This document shows positions 56,204 through 64,000 of a stretch of 64,000 bases of DNA, piece by piece. The notes below the pieces were generated by a model, which saw only the letters and a list, made by a program, of their open reading frames with translations, made no database searches and was not told the origin of the DNA. Both the position numbers and the translations under genes were made by a program. This stretch comes from Bacteroidota bacterium (GTDB lineage Bacteria; Bacteroidota; Bacteroidia; UKL13-3): positions 9,337 through 73,336 of the forward strand of contig CANKQY010000004.1 of the NCBI GenBank assembly GCA_947485745.1, in the 5' to 3' direction. Position 1 is the stretch's first letter; each line of letters opens with the position of its first letter.

Positions 56204-58603
56204 TTAAATAATCGTTTTGAGTTCCTTGATTCGTTTAAGTATACTTAAGAAGAAACCTATAATCATGATAATGGTGCCGGCCCAAACGAAGTTAATCATT
56301 GGGAATACGATTGCCTTCATGATAATGAAATCGCCAGAGGTGTCTTTTTCGGAAGTGACGATGGTAATTTTCTTGGTTTCGGGATTAACCTCTACAAACC
56401 TAAATTTTAACTTGGCCTCTTCCACCAAAGCTTCATAGCTTGTTGCTGAATTATCTTTAACGCCATACAATGGCATGGCATCGTATACTTTATCTAAGGT
56501 ATATACTTTTAACTCTGCACCCAATAGCACTTGAAAATTCTTCATATCAATGTTATTAGCATCTGTATTGGAATTAATGCCTTGCAAAATTGCGTAACCA
56601 TTATTGGTAAATATTGTATCGCCAGGTGCTACCATATGCGTTTTTTCATTGATATACTTCGACTCTGCTTTACCAGATGGCACCGAACTTACATAGGTAA
56701 ACACATCATGTCCCCAATAGTGCTTGGTATCTGGATTTGCCACCAAACCAAACTTGGGATTTATTTGTCCGTTAGGATATAAATTAAACTCATAATCAAC
56801 CTCACCATCCTTATTTAATTTCTTATAATTCACTTGGTAATAAGTGTTCACCCATTGCACCGAATCTTTCACATAAGTGATAATATAATCTCCCATTTTA
56901 TTAGGCTTACCACGTTCTAGGTATATATTCTCTACATTCTCTTTGTTGTTAAATTCTGGGTTCAAAGCGGTTCCACTTTCATTGATGGAGATTACTTGCT
57001 TATTGGCAGAAGAAACTAAAACACCAATTAACAAAATACCAAATCCTATATGTGCAACACTCGCTCCCGCCAATTTAATTTTACCTTTTAAGAATGGGAT
57101 CAACAAAATTAAATTGGTGGTAATACCATAAACACCTGCAAACAATAAACCTAGGTAAAAATAATTTTTAAGACCAAATGCATAATAAAGAACTGCCGTA
57201 ATAACCAATGAAATTAGTGCGTACAAGCCCATCTTTTTTAAAGCTTCTTTGGTATTCTTCTTATATTTTAACAAATTAGCAACTGCAGTTAATACACCAA
57301 TAATAATAGCCATTGGCATTTGCCATTTGTTATAATGTCCAATAATATCTGCAGGTGGAGCTAGGTTGGCCGAAAACAATTTATTGAAAACAGGAATTGA
57401 CGTTGTAAGTATTACTTGAAAGGCCGAAATGACCAATACCAAACTTCCGATAAACATCCAAAATTCGCGGGTATAAATTTCCTCATCCTTGGCAGAGCGA
57501 GGCATTAATTTCCAGCGCATGGCTATCAATACTATGGCCAATATTACAAACACTAATAGGAAAACCAATAACTGTCCGCTCATACCTAAATCTGTGAAAG
57601 AATGAACCGAAGAATTGCCTAAGATACCAGAGCGAGTTAGGAATGTGGCATATAATACCAATAAAAAAGTTGCAATAATTAACCCCAGAGCAACAATATA
57701 AGAATTGCCTGTAGATTTGTGAATGATCATTACATGAACACCTGCAATTAATATGAGCCATGGAACCAAAGATGCATTCTCTACAGGATCCCATGCCCAG
57801 TATCCGCCAAAGCTCAAGCTTTCATAAGCCCAAAATCCACCCATTATTATTCCAGCTCCCAAAACCATTACACTAATTAAAGCCCAGGGTAAAGCTGGTT
57901 TTAACCATTCTTTAAAATCTTTGCGCCATAAAGAGGCAATGGCATAGGCAAATGGCACTACCGTTGTGGCAAAGCCAAAGAACAAAGTTGGCGGGTGAAT
58001 CACCATCCAATAGTTTTGCAATAATGGGTTCAAACCGTTACCGTCTTTTACTTTGCTTAAATAATCTGCTGTTTTAAAAATAGGTGCATCGGCCATCACA
58101 TTTCTTAATAACTCAAACGGACTACTACCTAATTTATAAGAGAATATTTTTACACCCAAAAGCATGCTTGTTAGGGCAATTTGAGAAAGCATTACAACTG
58201 CCATTACTGGGTTCAACCAATTCTTTGCAGTGCGCAATAAAATTTGCCCTATAAACATTTGCCAAAAAATCCAGAGTAGAAAGCTTCCCTCCTGACCCTC
58301 CCAGAAACAAGAAATCATAAAGTGTACTGGCAAATCTGTACTGCTGTGTTGCCAGGCATAATGATACTCAAAATAATGGCTATAAATTATTTTAAAGAGG
58401 GAGGCTATAATGGTTAAAACCGCCAAACTGTGCAAATGAAAAGAGTATTTAGCAATATTTGTCCAGCTTTGATCCAATGGATTGCGCTCGGCAAAAAAGT
58501 AACTCAAACAAGCCAATATAGAGGAAATAAAGGAAACCACAACTGCGGTGTGACCCAAATTCCCCCAAAATAAATGTTCACCAATAAATGTAACAGAACT
58601 CAT
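56204..58603 (-). CDS. ccmF: CcmF-type cytochrome c maturation heme lyase (large CcsA/CcmF-family membrane protein)
   Basis: About 15 TM helices and the Trp-rich heme-handling motif FGGYWAWDPVENASLVPWL. It is the last gene of the ccmC-D-E-F cluster. Confidence 0.75.
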   Translation of the reverse strand: MSSVTFIGEHLFWGNLGHTAVVVSFISSILACLSYFFAERNPLDQSWTNIAKYSFHLHSLAVLTIIASLFKIIYSHYFEYHYAWQHSSTDLPVHFMISCFWEGQEGSFLLWIFWQMFIGQILLRTAKNWLNPVMAVVMLSQIALTSMLLGVKIFSYKLGSSPFELLRNVMADAPIFKTADYLSKVKDGNGLNPLLQNYWMVIHPPTLFFGFATTVVPFAYAIASLWRKDFKEWLKPALPWALISVMVLGAGIIMGGFWAYESLSFGGYWAWDPVENASLVPWLILIAGVHVMIIHKSTGNSYIVALGLIIATFLLVLYATFLTRSGILGNSSVHSFTDLGMSGQLLVFLLVFVILAIVLIAMRWKLMPRSAKDEEIYTREFWMFIGSLVLVISAFQVILTTSIPVFNKLFSANLAPPADIIGHYNKWQMPMAIIIGVLTAVANLLKYKKNTKEALKKMGLYALISLVITAVLYYAFGLKNYFYLGLLFAGVYGITTNLILLIPFLKGKIKLAGASVAHIGFGILLIGVLVSSANKQVISINESGTALNPEFNNKENVENIYLERGKPNKMGDYIITYVKDSVQWVNTYYQVNYKKLNKDGEVDYEFNLYPNGQINPKFGLVANPDTKHYWGHDVFTYVSSVPSGKAESKYINEKTHMVAPGDTIFTNNGYAILQGINSNTDANNIDMKNFQVLLGAELKVYTLDKVYDAMPLYGVKDNSATSYEALVEEAKLKFRFVEVNPETKKITIVTSEKDTSGDFIIMKAIVFPMINFVWAGTIIMIIGFFLSILKRIKELKTII

Positions 58604-58663
58604 AAAATATTAAATAGTTTTTTAAAAAGAATCGTAAAATTGAGAGTAAGTAAATTGATTCGA

Positions 58664-59047
58664 TCAGGTTTTCACCTCAGTTTCATTATATTTACTCGGA
58701 CATTTAAGCAAGATTTTTGATGCTTCAAAATGATTGCCTTCCATGCTACCAACTATCACAATTTTTTCTGACCTTTCAAAATCTGCAGGCTGAGGATTGT
58801 GGTAAACAACTTTGCTTTCCTTTCCCTTTTCGTCAACCATATAAAAGGAAAAATAATTGGCATCTTTTTGCGGATCATAATACTTTTCTTTTTCTCGGTT
58901 CAAAACGCCAACTACATGGTATTCTTTACCTGGATGATCCGAGGCTACCTCAAAATTTTCATAGGTACTTGCATCGCCGTACATGCTTGCAATTGCACCA
59001 ATGGCTACGGCAATTAATAATAGTGCGAGGATACTTGTCTTTTTCAT
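58664..59047 (-). CDS. ccmE: Cytochrome c maturation heme chaperone CcmE, CxxxY variant
   Basis: N-terminal anchor, an OB-fold-like body (YHVVGVL...VVYHNPQPADFERSEKIVIVG) and a C-terminal LLKCPSKY in place of the canonical HxxxY heme-binding motif. Confidence 0.7.
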   Translation of the reverse strand: MKKTSILALLLIAVAIGAIASMYGDASTYENFEVASDHPGKEYHVVGVLNREKEKYYDPQKDANYFSFYMVDEKGKESKVVYHNPQPADFERSEKIVIVGSMEGNHFEASKILLKCPSKYNETEVKT

Positions 59048-59051
59048 GCTA

Positions 59052-59222
59052 TTATTGATTTTCTATTTTTTTAAGTTTCAAATCCAATGAAACTAAATAA
59101 CCAACAATGCCTATGAATAAAACTGCAATAACTGCAACAACTACTAAATACTTATCGGTGCTTTCGGCCGAGGGCATTTGGCTGCTGTGCTGTTGTACCT
59201 GATTGATAATAAAATATTTCAT
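59052..59222 (-). CDS. ccmD: CcmD-like small membrane protein (56 aa)
   Basis: This ORF is below the track cutoff and was hand translated: MKYFIINQVQQHSSQMPSAESTDKYLVVVAVIAVLFIGIVGYLVSLDLKLKKIENQ. It has one TM helix followed by a basic tail. It starts 1 nt after the ccmC stop and ends 4 nt before the ccmE start. Confidence 0.6.
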   Translation of the reverse strand: MKYFIINQVQQHSSQMPSAESTDKYLVVVAVIAVLFIGIVGYLVSLDLKLKKIENQ

Positions 59223-59223
59223 G

Positions 59224-59892
59224 CTACAATTCTTGTTCTTTTTTTAATTCAATTTTCCTCAATCTAATTTGAATGTTGGCTATCCAAAACCCAATAAGTA
59301 TCCAACCCACAACAGCAGGATAAAAGACCATCCTTAGCCTGCTATCCAAATCGTATGAGTTAAAACCAGGATTACCACCATTTCCGGGATGAAGAGAAGC
59401 AGTTAACCTTGGTAAAACAAATATCAATACTATAAACATAGGTAAACAGAAAAGGTTGTAAACGGCAGAAATTCTTGCCTTTTTCTCCTCATCTTCAATA
59501 GAACCTCTTAATACAAAATAGGCTGCATACATAAACATACCAATGGCTGCACTGTTTAATTTAGGATCATTTGTCCAGTAAGCGCCCCAAGTATTTTTTG
59601 CCCAAATCATTCCGGTTACAATTCCAATTGTACCATATAATAATGCCACACGTGCAAAAGATTCTGAATAAATATCATTAGTTAAATCTTTACTCATCAA
59701 TACTTTAACAGCATATACCGAGGATGCAATGAGTAAACTGAGCATTCCAAACCACATAGGAACATGGTAATAAAGATTGCGAATGCTTTGGGCCAAAATA
59801 GGCAACTGGGGCACTGGCAGCAACAATCCGCCTATTAAGGCAAATAATACTAAAGCAACTCCAGCTAATTTCCACCATTGAATACTTTTCAT
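59224..59892 (-). CDS. ccmC: Heme exporter protein CcmC
   Basis: Six TM helices and a Trp-rich loop, WAKNTWGAYWTNDPKLNS, a variant of the CcmC WGxxWxWDxRL motif. Confidence 0.7.
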   Translation of the reverse strand: MKSIQWWKLAGVALVLFALIGGLLLPVPQLPILAQSIRNLYYHVPMWFGMLSLLIASSVYAVKVLMSKDLTNDIYSESFARVALLYGTIGIVTGMIWAKNTWGAYWTNDPKLNSAAIGMFMYAAYFVLRGSIEDEEKKARISAVYNLFCLPMFIVLIFVLPRLTASLHPGNGGNPGFNSYDLDSRLRMVFYPAVVGWILIGFWIANIQIRLRKIELKKEQEL

Positions 59893-60272
59893 AGAAACTC
59901 CCTAAAGGGATAACAATTATTTCTGCGAAAATAGCGATAATCTAGCAATGATTCGATTGAATTTTAGGATAATTTCAATCATTTTTAACAAAAAAGGAAA
60001 TTCAGTTTTAATTTCACTTTTGAATCTTTTCAATTACCCACCCTTAAAGTGTTTTGAATAAATAATTATTTTTATAAGCTGAAATTATTTGTTTAATTTA
60101 CTCTATCTACCTATTATTATAAGCTAGTGTATAAATTTATTTTAACCAAAATTTAATAAATTACTAAATTTGATAAAAATCACATTAAATTAGCAATGTA
60201 AATAAAATATTTACCTCAATAAAAAAATCAATTTTTGAACCAAATAAAAAAATTTAATTAAACCAATTTATT

Positions 60273-61043
60273 ATGAAATACTTTTCTTTTTTAGTACTAA
60301 TTATTTTTACTTCATTTAATGCATTCTCTCAACGAAAACCTGAGCCAAAACCAGCTTTGCCAGCGGCAGCGCCAAAGCCAAAAGGTCCGAGCCCCTATGT
60401 AATGAAAAAAGATTATGATAGCAGTATCACAAAGTTGAGTAACCAAATGAAGGGTATTCAACAATCCATCAATTCTGTAAAAGGTGGTATTAATAGTAAG
60501 GATGCAGAGTTGAAATACATGAATGAAAAAATGAAACAGGTTGAAGAAGTCCTTAATTCAACCAATTTTAAGATTGCACTCACCTCCGACTCTTTAAACA
60601 AAACCCAACTTTCTTTAGAAGAAATCCATAAAAACAATGAGCTAAGATTTAGCGCTCAAGAAGCAAAAATTATTAAGGCTGAAAGCTACATTTTCCTTTT
60701 ATGGGCTTTTGTTTTAATAGCTATTATTTCTGCTGGTTTGATTTGGTTTCTGTTAAACAAAAAAATTAAACAATTAGAAAATAAAATCAATAAGAGCTTT
60801 GAAGAAAATAGAAGCCTCATTCACGAAAATCAAGAGGGCTTAAATAAGCAAGTGAAACAATTGGAATCTCAATTAAATACTGAAACTAGAAACAACAAGC
60901 ACTTTGCAGAAAGACTCAACAATGCAGTAAAAGAGGATATCAATATTATCCAAAATGAATCAAAAAATATGGCTTCAACCATTGCGGTAATCAGCGCAGA
61001 AATAAATGATTTGCATGATAGGATCAAACCGAATAATGCATAA
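60273..61043 (+). CDS. Secreted/membrane coiled-coil protein of unknown function
   Basis: Signal peptide, a Pro/Ala/Lys-rich linker (KPEPKPALPAAAPKPKGPSP), coiled-coil segments and one internal TM helix (IFLLWAFVLIAIISAGLIWFLL). Confidence 0.5.
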   Translation: MKYFSFLVLIIFTSFNAFSQRKPEPKPALPAAAPKPKGPSPYVMKKDYDSSITKLSNQMKGIQQSINSVKGGINSKDAELKYMNEKMKQVEEVLNSTNFKIALTSDSLNKTQLSLEEIHKNNELRFSAQEAKIIKAESYIFLLWAFVLIAIISAGLIWFLLNKKIKQLENKINKSFEENRSLIHENQEGLNKQVKQLESQLNTETRNNKHFAERLNNAVKEDINIIQNESKNMASTIAVISAEINDLHDRIKPNNA

Positions 61044-61052
61044 AAATGCTTA

Positions 61053-61088
61053 AAAAAAGCCGCTTACCAATTTGGCAAGCGGCTTTTT
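61053..61088. terminator. Bidirectional intrinsic terminator
   Basis: AAAAA-GCCGCTTACCA-ATT-TGGCAAGCGGC-TTTTT: an 11-bp stem with one mismatch between convergent genes. Confidence 0.8.
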
Positions 61089-61109
61089 AAAGTCGTAATT
61101 AAATCTAAA

Positions 61110-61454
61110 TTATTTTACTGATTTTACAATTGCTTCGAAAGTTTCTGGATGGTTCATGGCCATATCGGCTAAAACCTTGCGGTTTAAACCTAAACCTTTT
61201 TTGTGAACTAGGTTCATAAATTGGCTGTAGCTATATCCATGTAAACGTGATCCAGCATTGATACGCATGATCCAAAGGCTGCGAAAATTGCGCTTTTTGG
61301 TTTTACGATCCCTATAGGCATAACCTAGTCCTTTGTCGATGGTATGTTTTGCTATAGTTAATACATTTTTTCTTTTACCCCAGTAACCTTTGGCTAACTT
61401 GAGTAATTTTTTTCTGCGAGCCCTACTCGCTACGGAATTGACTGAACGTGGCAT
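61110..61454 (-). CDS. rplT: 50S ribosomal protein L20
   Basis: [30 protein letters not shown]...[21 protein letters not shown] is canonical L20. Confidence 0.95.
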   Translation of the reverse strand: MPRSVNSVASRARRKKLLKLAKGYWGKRKNVLTIAKHTIDKGLGYAYRDRKTKKRNFRSLWIMRINAGSRLHGYSYSQFMNLVHKKGLGLNRKVLADMAMNHPETFEAIVKSVK

Positions 61455-61596
61455 AATTTTTACGTTTTTTTGAATCTAAGCGTTCCGCTTTTCAACGAAA
61501 TCTTTTGTGCTTTTATTCGGGTTAAACAAATGATAAACCAGGTGTTTTGGGCCTACCTACAAACGGCCGCTCCGCCTTTACGGAACTCAATTGGTT

Positions 61597-61797
61597 TTAT
61601 TTACCAATTCCCAACAAAATTTTAACTTTACTCATATCAGCAGTACTTACGGTTGTCATTTTTGTCAACCCACGCTTCTGCTTGGTAGTTTTCTTAGTTA
61701 AAATGTGATTCTTAAAAGCTTGTGCCCTTTTAATTTTACCGCTGGGGGTAACCTTAAAACGTTTTTTGGCCGAGCTACATGTTTTCATTTTAGGCAT
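61597..61797 (-). CDS. rpmI: 50S ribosomal protein L35
   Basis: [42 protein letters not shown] is canonical L35. Confidence 0.95.
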   Translation of the reverse strand: MPKMKTCSSAKKRFKVTPSGKIKRAQAFKNHILTKKTTKQKRGLTKMTTVSTADMSKVKILLGIGK

Positions 61798-61885
61798 TTC
61801 CTAAATCTCCTCTTTTTATTAGTTATTAATCACGACTTTCTTTTTCAAAAACCCCCGGTCACTGAAGCCTTAGCTTATTTGACCA

Positions 61886-61937
61886 GTCATCCTGAGCTTG
61901 CCGAAGGACCTTGTCATCCTGAGCTTGCCGAAGGACC
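61886..61937. repeat. Tandem duplication (27-bp period) of the GC-rich 25-mer GTCATCCTGAGCTTGCCGAAGGACC, REP-like
   Basis: Identical copies at 61886-61910 and 61913-61937, in the infC-rpmI spacer. Each is about 60% GC against an AT-rich background. Confidence 0.8.
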
Positions 61938-61941
61938 CCAA

Positions 61942-62550
61942 CTACTTCCCTGCTTTACCTTTTGGATTTAGGATCAAAAACATTTTCTTTCCTTCCAACT
62001 TAGGCAATTGCTCAACCTTTGCAATATCTATTAACCTTTGAGCTAACTGTAACAAAAGCACTTCACCTCTTTCTTTATATACAATAGACCTTCCTTTAAA
62101 AAACACAAAAGCTCTCACTTTATGACCTTCTTTTAGGAAGTTTTCGGCATGTTTCAATTTGAACTCAAAATCATGCTCATCAGTATTTGGTCCGTAGCGG
62201 ATTTCCTTTACTTCTGATTTTGCTTGATTAGCTTTTTGTTCCTTTTTCTTTTTCTTTTGCTCGTACAAGAATTTCTTGTAATCAACCACTCTACATACAG
62301 GTGGATCTGCATTTGGCGAAATTTCAACCAAATCCATTTCCTGTTCATAAGCTATCCTCAAAGCATCACCTAAAGGATAAACCCCTACTTCAACATTTTC
62401 GCCCACCAAACGCACGCTTGCGGCACGAATAAGGTTATTAAGCTTGTGTTCAGGCTCTAATGAACGCCTGCCTCTGTTGAATCTGTTCTGTCCGGGACCT
62501 GGCCCTCCAGGCCTCCCGCTGCTACTACTCGGTACAATTGGTGCTGCCAA
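61942..62550 (-). CDS. infC: Translation initiation factor IF-3
   Basis: [70 protein letters not shown] and [11 protein letters not shown]. There is no ATG near the 5' end. Start candidates are TTG 62550 and the in-frame ATT 12 nt downstream. Confidence 0.9.
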   Translation of the reverse strand: MAAPIVPSSSSGRPGGPGPGQNRFNRGRRSLEPEHKLNNLIRAASVRLVGENVEVGVYPLGDALRIAYEQEMDLVEISPNADPPVCRVVDYKKFLYEQKKKKKEQKANQAKSEVKEIRYGPNTDEHDFEFKLKHAENFLKEGHKVRAFVFFKGRSIVYKERGEVLLLQLAQRLIDIAKVEQLPKLEGKKMFLILNPKGKAGK

Positions 62551-62556
62551 AGAAAC

Positions 62557-64000
62557 TTATATTTTTACTGTTAATTGATCTATAAAAAATTGAACAAAAT
62601 CCGTTGCCAACATTTTTCCTGTATCTCCCTCACCATGTTTCCTTACAGAAACACTTTCCTCCTGCATCTCATTCTCACCAACCACAAGCATAAAAGGGAT
62701 TTTTTTCATTTCTGCATCCCTAATTTTCTTGCCAATCTTCTCATTCCTGTCGTCAAGCAGGGCGCGAATATCGTTATTTTTCATCAATTCAGCAAGTTTT
62801 TGCGCATATGGCAAATACTTATCACTAATTGGTAGAATACTAACTTGTTTTGGAGCCAACCAAGAAGGCAAATTTCCTGCATAATGTTCTAACAAGAAAC
62901 CGATGAAACGCTCATGTGTACCAAGGGGTGCGCGGTGAATAATCAATGGTCGCTCCTTCTCGTTTTTCTCATTGGTAAAGCTTAAATCAAATCTTCCTGC
63001 TTGTGCAAAATCAACTTGATTTGTTGCCAAAGTAAACTCTCTTCCTATGGCAGAATAGATCTGAATGTCGATTTTAGGGCCATAAAATGCTGCCTCATCT
63101 TCCACTTCCACATAATTTACACCCAAATTTATCAAAACCTTGCGAACCATTTCCTCTGTTTTCAACCAAAGCTCCGGTGAATTGATATACTTCTCTCCCA
63201 ATTTAGCTGGATCATGTTTTGAAAAACGCATCACATACTTGTCAATTCCAAAAACTTTGAAATATTTCAAATATAAATCGTTCACTTTTCTAAATTCATC
63301 CTCAAATTGAGCCTCTGTGCAATAAATATGTGCATCATTCATCTGCAAACACCTAACGCGCATCAAGCCAAATAACTCGCCACTTTGCTCATACCTGTAG
63401 CAAGTACCATATTCTGCATACCTCAGAGGCATGTCTCTGTAACTTTTTGGGGTAGCTGCAAATATTTTATGATGGTGCGGACAATTCATTGCCTTTAAAT
63501 AGTATTTATCCCCGTCCATTTCCATTGGAGGAAACATACTTTCTTTATAATAAGGTAAATGTCCACTCTTAATATACAAACTCTCCTTGGCAATATGCGG
63601 GGATTTTACCCTTACATATCCGCCTTCACTCTCTGTTTTCTTCGCAAAACCTTCCAAAATCTCAATAATGGCTCCTCCATTAGGCAACCATAATGGTAGA
63701 CCCGGACCAATATCATCATCAAAAGTGAATATCTCTAATTCCTTACCTAATTTACGGTGGTCGCGTTTTTTTGCTTCCTCTAGCATATTTAAGTAATCAG
63801 TTAGCTCAGCTTGTTTTGGAAAGGAAATCCCGTAAATCCTTGTCAATTGAGGGTTTTTATCATTGCCTCGCCAGTAAGCTCCAGCAACACTCATTAACTT
63901 AACAGCTTTTATAAAACCAGTATTTGGAATATGACCTCCTCTACATAAATCGCTAAAATTGCTGTGCGTGCAGAATGTAATTTCTCCATCGTTTAAATTT
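62557..64000 (-). CDS. thrS: Threonine--tRNA ligase, C-terminal two-thirds; the 5' end runs off the window
   Basis: AYWRGNDKNPQLTRIYGISFP, RDHRKLGKELE, class II motifs (YLKAMNCPHHH, FGLMRVRCLQMNDAHIY, HRAPLGTHERFIGFLLEHYAG) and an anticodon-binding domain. The frame stays open to base 64000. Confidence 0.95.
   Translation of the reverse strand, partial: NLNDGEITFCTHSNFSDLCRGGHIPNTGFIKAVKLMSVAGAYWRGNDKNPQLTRIYGISFPKQAELTDYLNMLEEAKKRDHRKLGKELEIFTFDDDIGPGLPLWLPNGGAIIEILEGFAKKTESEGGYVRVKSPHIAKESLYIKSGHLPYYKESMFPPMEMDGDKYYLKAMNCPHHHKIFAATPKSYRDMPLRYAEYGTCYRYEQSGELFGLMRVRCLQMNDAHIYCTEAQFEDEFRKVNDLYLKYFKVFGIDKYVMRFSKHDPAKLGEKYINSPELWLKTEEMVRKVLINLGVNYVEVEDEAAFYGPKIDIQIYSAIGREFTLATNQVDFAQAGRFDLSFTNEKNEKERPLIIHRAPLGTHERFIGFLLEHYAGNLPSWLAPKQVSILPISDKYLPYAQKLAELMKNNDIRALLDDRNEKIGKKIRDAEMKKIPFMLVVGENEMQEESVSVRKHGEGDTGKMLATDFVQFFIDQLTVKI

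Noticed and set aside
61455-61596. 142-nt rpmI-rplT spacer, considered as an L20-type autoregulatory leader
   Set aside because: I see only a 6-bp long-range complementarity (GTTCCG 61482-61487 with CGGAAC 61581-61586) and some 3-4-bp local stems. That is too little for me to support a structure by eye. A covariance-model scan would be needed.
61886-61937. Tandem 25-mer considered as a minimal CRISPR array
   Set aside because: There are only two units separated by 2 nt, with no spacers and no cas genes in the window.
61705-61971. 88-aa + strand ORF spanning the rpmI 5' end, the infC-rpmI spacer and the infC 3' end
   Set aside because: Its only distinctive part (HPELAEGPCHPELAEGP) is the translation of the tandem GC-rich repeat. 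It overlaps two well-supported minus-strand genes and has no recognisable fold.
1-64000. Search for mobile elements, rRNA/tRNA genes and prophage or integrase signatures
   Set aside because: No ORF shows transposase, integrase or recombinase motifs. I saw no long inverted terminal repeats and no structured RNA genes. The only insertion-like signals are the small repeats and the zeta-like module reported above.

Overview
AT-rich, gene-dense chromosomal segment that looks like Bacteroidota. Supporting signs: three proteins with T9SS C-terminal sorting domains, gldC, a PorX-type regulator, a fused lpxC-fabZ, TAnnTTTG-type -7 promoter boxes and no obvious Shine-Dalgarno sites. I support about 60 protein-coding genes. 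I found no rRNA, tRNA, CRISPR array, transposase or integrase. Housekeeping blocks are: alaS; glgC-glgA-esterase; lpxB and lpxD-lpxC/fabZ-lpxA; thrS-infC-rpmI-rplT; a System I cytochrome c maturation cluster ccmC-D-E-F; aromatic amino acid catabolism genes kynA, hmgA and hppD; bshB1; and ECF sigma/anti-sigma/Spy-like and PadR-PspC modules. Two loci look like candidate uncharacterised systems. (1) 11.2-24.8 kb: a MocR-type regulator lies divergent to a tightly packed seven-gene operon (two lamin-tail-domain surface proteins, a DcuC-type carrier, isoaspartyl dipeptidase, two OprP-like porins, an M14 carboxypeptidase). That operon converges on a PHB-depolymerase-like serine hydrolase plus a T9SS cargo gene. 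Both promoter regions carry the same ATTGGTAT direct repeat with a 23-bp period. My inference is a regulon for harvesting polyanionic beta-aspartyl (isopeptide) polymers or peptides. (2) 37.6-43.0 kb: three different ATP-dependent carboxylate-amine ligase types (an ATP-grasp with a histone-H1-like Lys/Ala tail, GCS2/YbdK, and a GspS/YgiC-like protein) plus a stand-alone class-I glutamine amidotransferase, coupled to lpxB. At the DNA level, the word GGTTTGAACC(AA) recurs far more often than composition predicts, both in intergenic DNA and in several reading frames. Other items: a toxin-first zeta-like ATPase with an overlapping 50-codon ORF wedged between hmgA and hppD, several GC-rich REP-like repeats, a decayed small ORF and a 5'-truncated beta-barrel gene. 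All product calls come from motif recognition by eye, and no searches were run.
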